Source of the DNA: a virus
Taxonomy: Duplodnaviria > Caudoviricetes
IMG/VR virus record: IMGVR_UViG_3300022750_000015
Span: 1 to 56,972 of that record
Reading direction: 5' to 3' (one strand)
Length of the DNA stretch: 56,972 nt
Numbering within the stretch: the stretch's first letter is position 1; the number at the start of each line of letters is the position of its first letter. The notes below the pieces were generated by a model. That model was not told the DNA's origin, ran no database searches, and saw only the letters and a program-made list of their open reading frames with translations. Shown piece by piece: positions 38,099-47,441 of this stretch. Made by a program: the position numbers and the translations under genes.

Positions 38099-38331
38099 TA
38101 ACTGTTAAAAATTTCTTCAGCTTTTACATGTAGTAAATCCATATTCTCTCTACCAAGTGTTAATAAAGCTTTTACTCCCTCAGCAGTATAAATACTTTGC
38201 CTCTTAAGGCCTCCGTTTTCATAGTGATCAAAATAAGTATATTCTATATTATTGGGTGTTTCGTTTCGGATGTTAACACCTGTAAAATCTTCAGACACTT
38301 CTTTAGTATCTAACGTTATTCTGTGTTTCAT
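38098..38331 (-). CDS. AT-rich hypothetical protein inserted between baseplate genes
   Basis: 77 aa; separates the J-like and gp48-like genes. Confidence 0.6.
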   Translation of the reverse strand: MKHRITLDTKEVSEDFTGVNIRNETPNNIEYTYFDHYENGGLKRQSIYTAEGVKALLTLGRENMDLLHVKAEEIFNS

Positions 38332-38338
38332 AATAGGG

Positions 38339-39520
38339 CTAATTATTATAAGTAATGTTTCTCAAATAAGGAATATTCGCCAAAGCAAAAGTATAGTTAG
38401 TCGCCTGAACGCCGTTTACATACATAACGAAACCTAAGAACACATTCGCACTACCTACCGTATCGTTAACTACACTTTGCAGCTTTATGGCTGATAACAA
38501 ATCGTTCTTATCCCGAGGCAAGTCTGCAGCCGCTACGTAAGGCCTTACCGTATAAAGGTAATTGGTTATGCTGGCTAAAATATTAGCTCGTATATCCGCA
38601 GTATTAGTTTGCAAACCTGTAATGATAATATCCACCGGCTGCGGATTGATAGGCAATACCTCCAAAGGTACGCCTACCGGTATCCGCCCGCGTTCATCCA
38701 AAGGCCTTGTTTCGTCAGGGTCGAAGTTTATAACCTCTTCCACGTTTTCTAATAAAGTAGCATCAGGTGTACCATGGCCGTCTGTGCTGTTTGCCGTTAA
38801 TGCCTCTACGTACACCTGTACAGTGCCCGCTTCGCCGTTTTTAACATAAGGGTATACCTTACGAACGCCTTGAGCATCTGCGGCCCATATCCGGTAATCC
38901 GTCTTAGCGCCCCCTTGCGGTTCAAGTAAATAACTATCCAGCACTACTGACCGGTATTGTTCTGTGGTCTCTCCCTCTTCGGGGGCATCTGCAATAGCGG
39001 TAACCGTAACCTGGTTGTTAAGGCCAAGTACCGGTTCGGTTACGGCCAATCGGTCACCTACAAAAAGCAGGTAATCAACTCCTGCGCTTAACGCCCTGAG
39101 CGTTACACTGCCTGTTCCCGATACAGGTATCTCGTATTCGTCATCCAGAATATATAGATTGCCAGGAGCATTGCTTTGATCGGTAGACTGGAACGTAAGC
39201 TCTGCGCGTAGAATAGCCCCAGCCGTTCCAGTTACCTGTGTAGTATAGTAGCCTTCTGAGGCGGGGAAAGGTAATCGGTTTAATCGTATAAGCCCTTGCC
39301 GTTCTAAAGTACCTCCGTTAGCAGCGCTGTCTGCTTTATCGGCGAACATGTTATCTTCAACATCTTGTAAATATAAATAGGCCACCTTTAACTGTGCTGC
39401 CAACACTGCGGCCATAGCATTTAAAGCCATCTTTAACTGAGCATCAGTAAGCCCCAACTCATTTTGAAGTTGAGTAGCTAAGTCGTTATACAGCTCCGCT
39501 ATGGTAGGAATTGGCTTCAT
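38339..39520 (-). CDS. Baseplate J-like protein (Mu gp47)
   Basis: ET.EQYR...PQGGA..DY..WA...GTVQVY motifs. Confidence 0.88.
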   Translation of the reverse strand: MKPIPTIAELYNDLATQLQNELGLTDAQLKMALNAMAAVLAAQLKVAYLYLQDVEDNMFADKADSAANGGTLERQGLIRLNRLPFPASEGYYTTQVTGTAGAILRAELTFQSTDQSNAPGNLYILDDEYEIPVSGTGSVTLRALSAGVDYLLFVGDRLAVTEPVLGLNNQVTVTAIADAPEEGETTEQYRSVVLDSYLLEPQGGAKTDYRIWAADAQGVRKVYPYVKNGEAGTVQVYVEALTANSTDGHGTPDATLLENVEEVINFDPDETRPLDERGRIPVGVPLEVLPINPQPVDIIITGLQTNTADIRANILASITNYLYTVRPYVAAADLPRDKNDLLSAIKLQSVVNDTVGSANVFLGFVMYVNGVQATNYTFALANIPYLRNITYNN

Positions 39521-39996
39521 ATTATCCGGTTAACTATCATTTCGTCTTTAGCGCCGTCCCAGAGAATTTGCATTACTACGTCTTGCTGGTTTTGCGGCCG
39601 GGTGAGTACGACAGTTATTTCTATTTTATAAGTGCTTAAAATTACAACATTTACCGTAACATTAGCAACGTTTTTTAAGTATTGCATATCGTACTCTACC
39701 GCCCTGAGTATAGTGATCCGGCCGCTGCTGTTAGGTACGGTAGTACGAAGAACTCTTTCGGTAGTTGAATTAAACTGCTTCTCGGGCGTATCACTGAATA
39801 GCAGAGCATTACCCCACCAATCGTTCCTTAACTCGTTAGCTGGTGTGTTAGGTTCAGTAGAAGCTTCTACGTTGCCTCCGTAAAGAGCTAAATATGCTTG
39901 CTGATATATCTGCTCGGTAAGCCCTATATCGTCATCAATGATAGCTATTTCGCCACCGCTGCCGTTCTCGAACAGGTTTATATCTTTGGTACTCAT
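39517..39996 (-). CDS. Baseplate protein (Mu gp46-like)
   Basis: WWGN motif; upstream of J. Confidence 0.7.
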   Translation of the reverse strand: MSTKDINLFENGSGGEIAIIDDDIGLTEQIYQQAYLALYGGNVEASTEPNTPANELRNDWWGNALLFSDTPEKQFNSTTERVLRTTVPNSSGRITILRAVEYDMQYLKNVANVTVNVVILSTYKIEITVVLTRPQNQQDVVMQILWDGAKDEMIVNRII

Positions 39997-41894
39997 TATT
40001 TCTGCCCATTAGTAGATGACACTTTAACATCGCTGACCAAGGTACCCTTAGTACTGGTACTCTTAACAACTCCCGGCGGTGCATAGATATCTATACCCAC
40101 TCTACCTGCTTGTTCGCGCTGGTTATTAGCTACATCCTGAGCCTTAACAGAAGGACTCATTAGCACTTGGCGTATTTGTTCATGGCCCGTAGCATCTCCT
40201 GTTTTAACGAAATCTTTCCACCCCTCGGGGGTAGTCGGTACTTTATTAGTAGCGAGATTGCTGAGCGAACTGGATCCGGTTACCCCGGCTAACCACATAA
40301 TCATCTTTTGAACCGGTTCGAGTATACCCGCTATAACCGCCCTGAAAGAGGTAGCTAAGCCGGATAAAAATCCCTTATCACTGAATGATTTCTTAACGGA
40401 GTCCCAATTGTCGTGTATACCTTTTATCATACCCGCCAATACAGCTAAAGCAAAAGAAGCTTTACCTATAGCTCCTGCCGCTCGTAAAAGACCGGCTCCT
40501 GATATACCTGTAAGAGCAGCGCTAAAAGCTACAGTGGCTTTAGTAGCCGCCCAAGTGACTACCGGCCAGCCCACCATTACGGTTTGAAACGCCCTTAGCG
40601 CGAAAGTATACGCCCAAATAAGAGCAGCGCCCACTTTCACGGTGGTATTATATACTAAGAATACGGTGTTAACCGCCCACATGGTGCCTTTCAGTATGGC
40701 GAACCACTTGATAAATGTTATAGCTTTATCTATCAAGCCATCCATGTTATCGGTTACGTACTCAAGTAACTTGCGTAACCTTGCCATACCTTTACCCACC
40801 TTAGTATCGGTAATAAGGTAGTTAGCGAATGTGTTCTTAAGCCTGCGCCAACTTTCTGCTACAGTATCTCCATTAATGGCTGCTGCTTTAGCCGCTTCGT
40901 TGGTATTGGTTAGCTTACGAGTCAGTTCGTCAAATTTACTCAGATTTCCAATCAGTTCTCCTGCCTGGGCTATACGGTGTATACCGAACACGTCGAACAG
41001 GAACTTATCTTTACCTTTAGCACTTTTAATCTGCTTATACTTCTTAACCACGTCGCCGAAAGCGTCGCCTATCTTAAACACTCCGCTTGAATATCCGGCA
41101 CCCGCCAATTGTAGGCGGGTGATCGAGGCCTTAATAGCGTTACCTGCTTCTGATGCCTGGAAACCACTTGCTGCAAGTATTTGCACCAAGGCGTTACTTT
41201 CTTCAAGCGTTACATTTGCTCTTCGGGCGACGGAAGCGAAACGGGAAAAAGCCTCTGCGGCTTGTTCTATGGGGGCCGACCCGTACTTGGCGCCGGCAGC
41301 TAAAGTATTAGCCACCCGGTCTGCTTGATCTGCCCCAAACTTAAACTGCGTCATTATGGTGACTAATGACTGAGCAGCCTCTTTAAGAGGTAAAGCCCCT
41401 TTAGACGCTTTCGATAGCGTAATGGCCGAGCGTGCTACGGCATCCAGGCTTACTGCCGTTTTGGCTAAATCGGGGTTTAACTCCGCTATTTGAGCATAGG
41501 CTGCAGCTACATCTACCGCGCTTTCGCGGGTTATCTTAGCCGTATTTTTTATCTGTCTATCGAATACTCCTAATTGAGTTTTACTGAGGTCGGATAAAAT
41601 ACTGTGTAACCCAGCTAACTGCTTCTCGTATTCGATAACCGCCCCAACGCCGAAATTCAACGCGCCGAACAGTCCCGATATGATTATCATGGACCGGACG
41701 AATCCCCACAACTGGCCTCCCAGCCCTCCGAAACCGGGTATAAGGCTATTCACCCATTTGTTAAGTTTACCGAATTGTACTTGCGCTCTACCTACGAAAT
41801 TGTTTACGTTTCGCCCCATACGAGAAACGACCGAGGACAATCTGTCAACGGCCGTAAATATGGTTGGTACAACGTAACCCGATCTTGCTGGCAT
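39996..41894 (-). CDS. Tail tape measure protein (TP901-like core)
   Basis: Ala-rich helical; ADRVANTLAAGA, EAGNAIK; follows the chaperone. Confidence 0.88.
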   Translation of the reverse strand: MPARSGYVVPTIFTAVDRLSSVVSRMGRNVNNFVGRAQVQFGKLNKWVNSLIPGFGGLGGQLWGFVRSMIIISGLFGALNFGVGAVIEYEKQLAGLHSILSDLSKTQLGVFDRQIKNTAKITRESAVDVAAAYAQIAELNPDLAKTAVSLDAVARSAITLSKASKGALPLKEAAQSLVTIMTQFKFGADQADRVANTLAAGAKYGSAPIEQAAEAFSRFASVARRANVTLEESNALVQILAASGFQASEAGNAIKASITRLQLAGAGYSSGVFKIGDAFGDVVKKYKQIKSAKGKDKFLFDVFGIHRIAQAGELIGNLSKFDELTRKLTNTNEAAKAAAINGDTVAESWRRLKNTFANYLITDTKVGKGMARLRKLLEYVTDNMDGLIDKAITFIKWFAILKGTMWAVNTVFLVYNTTVKVGAALIWAYTFALRAFQTVMVGWPVVTWAATKATVAFSAALTGISGAGLLRAAGAIGKASFALAVLAGMIKGIHDNWDSVKKSFSDKGFLSGLATSFRAVIAGILEPVQKMIMWLAGVTGSSSLSNLATNKVPTTPEGWKDFVKTGDATGHEQIRQVLMSPSVKAQDVANNQREQAGRVGIDIYAPPGVVKSTSTKGTLVSDVKVSSTNGQK

Positions 41895-41896
41895 AA

Positions 41897-42088
41897 TTAT
41901 TTCTTCTTATTAGCGGCTTCCAAGTCTTTATTTTGTTTAGCGATTATATCATACCAGTAAAGGATTCCATTATAATCTTTATCGTCGTAGTACATCTCTT
42001 CCGAGACATACTTAGGGTTAGCCCAATTATAAGCCCCTGCTAACGTAGCAACGCAATTCGCTATCTCTTCGAGGCTTACGTAAAAAGG
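41897..42088 (-). CDS. -1 frameshift extension of the tail assembly chaperone (gpGT-like)
   Basis: CCTTTTT at 42088-42082; the -1 frame is open (YVSLEEIA...ANKKK) to TAA 2 nt before the TMP start. Confidence 0.75.
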   Translation of the reverse strand, partial: PFYVSLEEIANCVATLAGAYNWANPKYVSEEMYYDDKDYNGILYWYDIIAKQNKDLEAANKKK

Positions 42089-42495
42089 CCCGTCAGCTGC
42101 TGAACGGTTTTGTAATCGAACTTATTCAACTTGTTCAAATATGCTGGCACTTCCAGCCCGCACAAGTGCGCGGTAAGCAAATTACCGAAACGGATAGATT
42201 GCTTTTTAAGGTCAAGACCCCGGCCTATAGTTTCATAATCCATCGGTTTAACTCGGGTTTTAAAGTGAATCTCCGTTTTATCGACTTCACCTTTCTCAGT
42301 AAGAATAGGCTCGCGAAGCAACATTTTAGGGGCTTCTTTATCATCCAAGTTCAGCTGACCGTACATAACGGCGCTGATTACATCTTCGAAATCTTCTTTT
42401 ACGTCATCTTCCGTCTTAGGGCGGCTTGAATGGTGGTTAACGAACTCCAACACTATCTGTGTAGCGTGTTCTTCTGCAATTACAATATCGGGCAT
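42076..42495 (-). CDS. Tail assembly chaperone
   Basis: Between tube and TMP; D...VQQL..LF C-terminus. Confidence 0.75.
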   Translation of the reverse strand: MPDIVIAEEHATQIVLEFVNHHSSRPKTEDDVKEDFEDVISAVMYGQLNLDDKEAPKMLLREPILTEKGEVDKTEIHFKTRVKPMDYETIGRGLDLKKQSIRFGNLLTAHLCGLEVPAYLNKLNKFDYKTVQQLTGLFT

Positions 42496-42521
42496 AGCGT
42501 ATTAAGGGTTTTGAAAATTAC

Positions 42522-42932
42522 TTATTTGATTGGCACCAGTTCGCCTCCGCCTGCTAACTTAAGCGTAGACTGCGCGTTATTGGTATCGAAATTATGCTCA
42601 CCTACCGGCGAACCTTTGCCTTTGTATATCACCCCGGCTATAAGGCTAAAGGTCCACACGCCCTCTTCAGGACTTGCTGCCATTTTGTTTATAGCGTCCA
42701 GTTCCACGTTAGACAAAAAGTCTAAAGCTACAGGACCTTCCCACGACCAGCGGACGCGGTTAAGCTGACGCATATTCTTGCCGCTGCCGGTAACGCTATT
42801 AGCGTCATCGTTAGTACGTATACCGCCTTTATCGCCGGTGTTACTCTCATTAGCTTTCACATCGAAACGGATCGTACCGACTGATGGATGTGTACATGCT
42901 ATCTCTAATACGTCTCCGCCTACAAAAGCCAT
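42522..42932 (-). CDS. Tail tube protein
   Basis: 136 aa directly after the sheath gene. Confidence 0.75.
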   Translation of the reverse strand: MAFVGGDVLEIACTHPSVGTIRFDVKANESNTGDKGGIRTNDDANSVTGSGKNMRQLNRVRWSWEGPVALDFLSNVELDAINKMAASPEEGVWTFSLIAGVIYKGKGSPVGEHNFDTNNAQSTLKLAGGGELVPIK

Positions 42933-42964
42933 AGTATCTTAATGTTTAAAATGAGTCAAATATG

Positions 42965-44485
42965 TTAAAAACCTGCTTGGGCAGTAGTACTTGAAATCCG
43001 AACTGTGCCCGTACGGCGATAAGGAAAACTGGTATTAAAGCGATTCGGGTTATCCTCGTCGATCTCTACCTGCAATCCGTCTTTACTGAACTGCGTATCG
43101 TTGATTAAAGCATCAGCTGCTTTAGTATCCAGGTAGTCGTAAATATTAGCCTTCCAGTCTTTCGGTTTAATGGCGTTATCCACGTCGGTTATCTGGTCGT
43201 CCGGTATAATAACTTTACCTATCAATACGCGATCTTCCATCAGACGATACCCGTATGCGATGTTCCAGTCCAAATTAAGGTTACGTGCGTAGTTGTATTG
43301 CAACGGATTCTCTCCTACCGGATGGTAAGTAGTCACCAAATCGATAACCTGGTACTGACCGTTCTTAAGCGTAACTGTAGATGAACCTGCCTTAATAAGC
43401 AGGTCGCGGTTATTGTAATCGGCCATAGGGCCTATAGAGCCGCTTGGCGGCACGGGCATATCGGGATAATACTGATACAACACATCTGACGAAGGGTTGT
43501 CCTGCATTGTGCGGGTAAACAATCGTACCATATTAGAAGCGGCCTCCCAAGGGAAACCCTCGCTGGCCGGAGCCGGAGCGTGTACATTAGTAACCTGATT
43601 AATACGAGCTGCCGCGTCGGTAATCGTGGTTATATCGTTGATTACGGAAAGCGTAGTACCAAAGAAAGCCATAAAAGGCTTAAAGGTGCGCCCCTCGTAT
43701 CGGCCTGTGGGTGCTTGGTCGTCTGGTATGCCGTTAAAGCCTTCCAGCGCCGTAAAAGCTGCAGTACCATAGCTGTTAATAACAGTAGTATACCAGTTAT
43801 CTTCAAATTGAAGTAAAGCCGGGGCAATATCAGCGGCCCCTGCGCCTGCCGTTGCTACCAAAGCGTAAGTTAAACCTGCAGGCACTCCGTTTATATCTAC
43901 GGCTGTTTTCAGCTCAGCAGACGAAAGGCCCTTCCATTTAGTAGTTATGGTCAGAACCCCCGCCGCTACTGTTGCTATACCCGGAGCACCTAAAACGGCG
44001 TTTATGGCATTAGCGTATTTCTGAGCAATAGCTGTAGGCGTGTCGCCGGTTACGATATTAACTGCATAGGCCTTACCCTCTAAAGCCGTGCGGCCGTTTA
44101 TGCGAATGTAATGTGTAGCATTAGCTGTAGCGTTACCTGTTATGGTCCAAACGTGCGTAGTAGCTGTGGCTCCTACTGCCTCTATCTGAGCCATAACAAT
44201 AGTCGGTATACCGCCGACTCCATCGCCTGAAATAGGGCGAAGGATGCGCATAATCTGATGTATCGGGCTTCCGTAACCATACAGGTTACCGGCTTCCGCA
44301 GCCGAGGTGATTACCCTTTTAGTAGTGCTTATACCTGCCTGGTTAGCAGTATTAGCCTCCGCCAAAATTACGATTTGCTGAGGCAGATTAGGCGTCTCGT
44401 TGTCGAAAAAGCCTTTTTTAAGGGCGTATCCGGTTGTAGCGCTTCTGCGTTCAGATCCTACGGCTGTTGATATAGCTGCTGCCAT
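42965..44485 (-). CDS. Contractile tail sheath protein (Mu gpL-like)
   Basis: 506 aa; A...YG.GS motif; VTTYH; D..NPNR.N C-terminus. Confidence 0.85.
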   Translation of the reverse strand: MAAAISTAVGSERRSATTGYALKKGFFDNETPNLPQQIVILAEANTANQAGISTTKRVITSAAEAGNLYGYGSPIHQIMRILRPISGDGVGGIPTIVMAQIEAVGATATTHVWTITGNATANATHYIRINGRTALEGKAYAVNIVTGDTPTAIAQKYANAINAVLGAPGIATVAAGVLTITTKWKGLSSAELKTAVDINGVPAGLTYALVATAGAGAADIAPALLQFEDNWYTTVINSYGTAAFTALEGFNGIPDDQAPTGRYEGRTFKPFMAFFGTTLSVINDITTITDAAARINQVTNVHAPAPASEGFPWEAASNMVRLFTRTMQDNPSSDVLYQYYPDMPVPPSGSIGPMADYNNRDLLIKAGSSTVTLKNGQYQVIDLVTTYHPVGENPLQYNYARNLNLDWNIAYGYRLMEDRVLIGKVIIPDDQITDVDNAIKPKDWKANIYDYLDTKAADALINDTQFSKDGLQVEIDEDNPNRFNTSFPYRRTGTVRISSTTAQAGF

Positions 44486-44491
44486 GTTTGA

Positions 44492-45121
44492 TTATGCGTT
44501 GATGTAAACAAATTTATAACCTTTTTCGGTAAGTTCAAGTTTTACCGAACTATTATTTTCAAGTAGGGGTACGCCTTGCCATGCGGGAGCGTTTTCCAGT
44601 ATCCTGATACCGTACGATATGCGAGCAAATCGGGTACCGTCTGTATCTTCTTTTTGATGTGGATCGGCTGTAGCCAGCATATCTACATAAGCTCCCCCTA
44701 TCGTACCTTGCGGCAAACCGAGGGTTCTGTAAAAACTGGCCCGGAGTATATGCATACACATACCCGCAATGCGGTGCAACAGAAAAATACTAACCTGCCC
44801 CGCAGTAAGTGAGGCAGTAGCAACACCGGAAGTAGTAATATCTATGAAGAAAGTAGTATAACTCTGCGCTGAGCGTTGAGTCATGTTGTTTTGAGCGTTC
44901 GCATGATTGCCCGACATAAAATTACTGCTGTCCAGTATAATATTCACTGTCGGTTTATCTGCTGAATCCGCTGGTGTAGACTTCTCTACAAAAACATCTG
45001 TACAGGGTATAGACTCTAACTCAATTTGTTTATTTAGCTCCGTAAACAGAACAAGACCGAGTTGATCACGTACTATTTCGAAATTAGATAAAGGTATAAT
45101 ATTGAGTATCTTAGGCTCCAT
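44492..45121 (-). CDS. Tail terminator/completion protein
   Basis: Position between head-joining and sheath genes. Confidence 0.55.
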   Translation of the reverse strand: MEPKILNIIPLSNFEIVRDQLGLVLFTELNKQIELESIPCTDVFVEKSTPADSADKPTVNIILDSSNFMSGNHANAQNNMTQRSAQSYTTFFIDITTSGVATASLTAGQVSIFLLHRIAGMCMHILRASFYRTLGLPQGTIGGAYVDMLATADPHQKEDTDGTRFARISYGIRILENAPAWQGVPLLENNSSVKLELTEKGYKFVYINA

Positions 45122-45509
45122 CGTATCGTTCCAGCATGCAGATGATTAGGCCTAAAGTCCGGTTCGGGTGGCATTCTGCAATTTTGAAATTGCCAACAAG
45201 CCCCATTTCGTCCGTAACCGTAATTTTATGGCCTATTAATTTAACCAGTTCAGAACCCTGTTTTTTGTAGGGGTAATCACCCGATATGAGTTGAGCTTCC
45301 GGTATATCGTAGTGGTTAGAACTGGTATTGACCGTTTTACCATCGCTTAGATTGTCTAAGGTCATCCAGGTTCCAGTAGCAAGCCCCGTTACAGGTAAAC
45401 TCAAAGATCCGGAAGGGTTAGTCAGAACTGCTTCTAACTGAAACCCCCCTTTAGAGGCAATTAATGCCGCATCTCTCCGGGCTAACTGTAACAGGGCACC
45501 ACCAGCCAT
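45111..45509 (-). CDS. Head-tail joining protein
   Basis: Position and size. Confidence 0.5.
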   Translation of the reverse strand: MAGGALLQLARRDAALIASKGGFQLEAVLTNPSGSLSLPVTGLATGTWMTLDNLSDGKTVNTSSNHYDIPEAQLISGDYPYKKQGSELVKLIGHKITVTDEMGLVGNFKIAECHPNRTLGLIICMLERYDGA

Positions 45510-45511
45510 TT

Positions 45512-45913
45512 TTATTTAGTTTCTATCGGCTTCTCGGTTGCGAGGGCCTCTTTTATCTGATCAAGAGTAGCGCCTTTAGGAGCGTCAGAGAAAAACTTAT
45601 CCAGGTATGAAGCGTGGGCTTCTTCCAGTTCTTGTTTCTCTTTTTCAGCAGCCTCGGCTTTATCCGCTCTGGTTTTAGCTGCTTTTTGAGCCGGAGTTAA
45701 CTCAGGTTCATCAGCAACTTTTTCAAGCTCTTTATCTTCTTTTTTAGCTTCGGACTCAAGCTTAACGTAGCCGAGTTCTAAAGCTTTTTCAAGGTCGATA
45801 AGCTGTTCGCCTGTAATCACAGAACGGCCACGAGCAAAATCGCCATTCTTTAAATAAATACCGGTAATTACTACGCGGTACTCTTCTTTTAATTTTTTAT
45901 CTTCTGATGCCAT
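45512..45913 (-). CDS. Charged hypothetical protein after the capsid gene
   Basis: 133 aa, Glu/Lys-rich. Confidence 0.6.
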   Translation of the reverse strand: MASEDKKLKEEYRVVITGIYLKNGDFARGRSVITGEQLIDLEKALELGYVKLESEAKKEDKELEKVADEPELTPAQKAAKTRADKAEAAEKEKQELEEAHASYLDKFFSDAPKGATLDQIKEALATEKPIETK

Positions 45914-45919
45914 ATCGGG

Positions 45920-46990
45920 TTATGCGGTTAACATTGAATAAATTCGGTCCACTGAAATCGGGATCACCAAAGGAGCCGATTCTATAACCTGATCCCAGGT
46001 CTTTTTCTTAGGATCGATCAGATCGTAAGTTACGAAAGCGCCTTCTTTAGGAGCAATATACTGATTAGCAGTATTCGGGTTGAAAACTGTAGGGATACCA
46101 GCGAAACCGGTTACACCTTCAAAATCACTCGGTAACAAGATAGCGATATCGGGGTCGAGATAGCTGGTTTTAGTACCGTCGTTATTCTCGTAATACCCGT
46201 CATAGGTCCACAAGCGTACACGAGCATCGCCTACGCCAATTTCACCGTGCAGAGTTATACCCGATTTGTTGTTGTACTGAGGCATCTTAATATCAACCAG
46301 GTTAATCTGATTGAAGAACTTAGCGCGGTTTTGAAGCGCAGTGTTATTCATCAAATTACTTAAGGCTGAAGCGCCCATCAGCAAATCTACAGTAGCACCC
46401 TGGGTAGTATTACCTTCGCGACGAAGGAATGCAATACCTGTTTGGATTTGCTGATAGATAGGGGCCGTAGGATCAGACCACATGTTAGCGCCAGAGAAAA
46501 CGGGCATTGACTCAGCTTTACGGCTGTAGTTGATAACCGTGCCGAAGCGCATGGTAACCGTACCGAACTGCAACACAGAAGCACGTTGCTTCTCAATGGC
46601 TCGTTCGATCTTGTTTTTCATAGCGTTCATTTTGTCGGCAGCATCGCGAACCATTATGGCCGCATACTCTGCATTCAAACCTACGCCGCGACCGAAAGTC
46701 ATATCATACCCTTCGCAGGCAGTTACGTCGGTAGACTCACTGAAGAAAGGGGGGTAAAATATCTTCTCGTTCGAGATAGAGAACAAGTTACGGTTAGGGT
46801 CGGTGCAACGCTGAACGTCAACGGCCACCAGTTGGCGGTGACGACGAACGGCGATTGATAAATATTTCGTTCCGCGAGTTACTGTCGGGAACCAGGCAGA
46901 TAAGCCAAGTTGTGGCTGAATATCATCCTCGAAAGTGGCCACTAACGCCTGAGTGAATAGTGCCGAGTGTTGTGCTAAAGATATTGCCAT
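45920..46990 (-). CDS. Major capsid protein (lambda gpE-like)
   Basis: 356 aa; ESAPL.IP C-terminal motif; follows protease and decoration genes. Confidence 0.85.
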   Translation of the reverse strand: MAISLAQHSALFTQALVATFEDDIQPQLGLSAWFPTVTRGTKYLSIAVRRHRQLVAVDVQRCTDPNRNLFSISNEKIFYPPFFSESTDVTACEGYDMTFGRGVGLNAEYAAIMVRDAADKMNAMKNKIERAIEKQRASVLQFGTVTMRFGTVINYSRKAESMPVFSGANMWSDPTAPIYQQIQTGIAFLRREGNTTQGATVDLLMGASALSNLMNNTALQNRAKFFNQINLVDIKMPQYNNKSGITLHGEIGVGDARVRLWTYDGYYENNDGTKTSYLDPDIAILLPSDFEGVTGFAGIPTVFNPNTANQYIAPKEGAFVTYDLIDPKKKTWDQVIESAPLVIPISVDRIYSMLTA

Positions 46991-46991
46991 T

Positions 46992-47438
46992 TTATTGGTT
47001 GTCTACTTTGGTGTTTTCTACTGCGCTATCGTCAATATGGATGCCGAGAGCATTAATAATATCCTTGACGGTTTTGTTACCTACGACAGTAGCCAAAGTA
47101 ACCGCAGCCGGGAACACTAATTGTGTACCATCTATACCGCCTTCGGTACAAACGTTCATGACGATTGTTGCACCGTTAGCAACGGTGGTTACCTCTTCTA
47201 CAGCAGATACGCCGATTAAATCAGCTAAAGTAGCCCCGGCTATAGCGGGTTTAAAGCCGTTAGTTACTGCAGTATCGCGTAACATTAGCTGGCCGGGAGA
47301 TATATCTACAGGGGCGCCCGAACTGTTGGTGTATACACCTTCAGTGTAAAAATTGTTCCAGATGAAAATTTTCTTCTGACGGTATACCGCATTCGACTGA
47401 TTGCTGGTAGACGATACTACAGTTATAGATTGTGCCAT
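46992..47438 (-). CDS. Head decoration protein (lambda gpD position)
   Basis: 148 aa between protease and MCP; ends ...NALGI. Confidence 0.65.
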   Translation of the reverse strand: MAQSITVVSSTSNQSNAVYRQKKIFIWNNFYTEGVYTNSSGAPVDISPGQLMLRDTAVTNGFKPAIAGATLADLIGVSAVEEVTTVANGATIVMNVCTEGGIDGTQLVFPAAVTLATVVGNKTVKDIINALGIHIDDSAVENTKVDNQ

Positions 47439-47441
47439 AGC

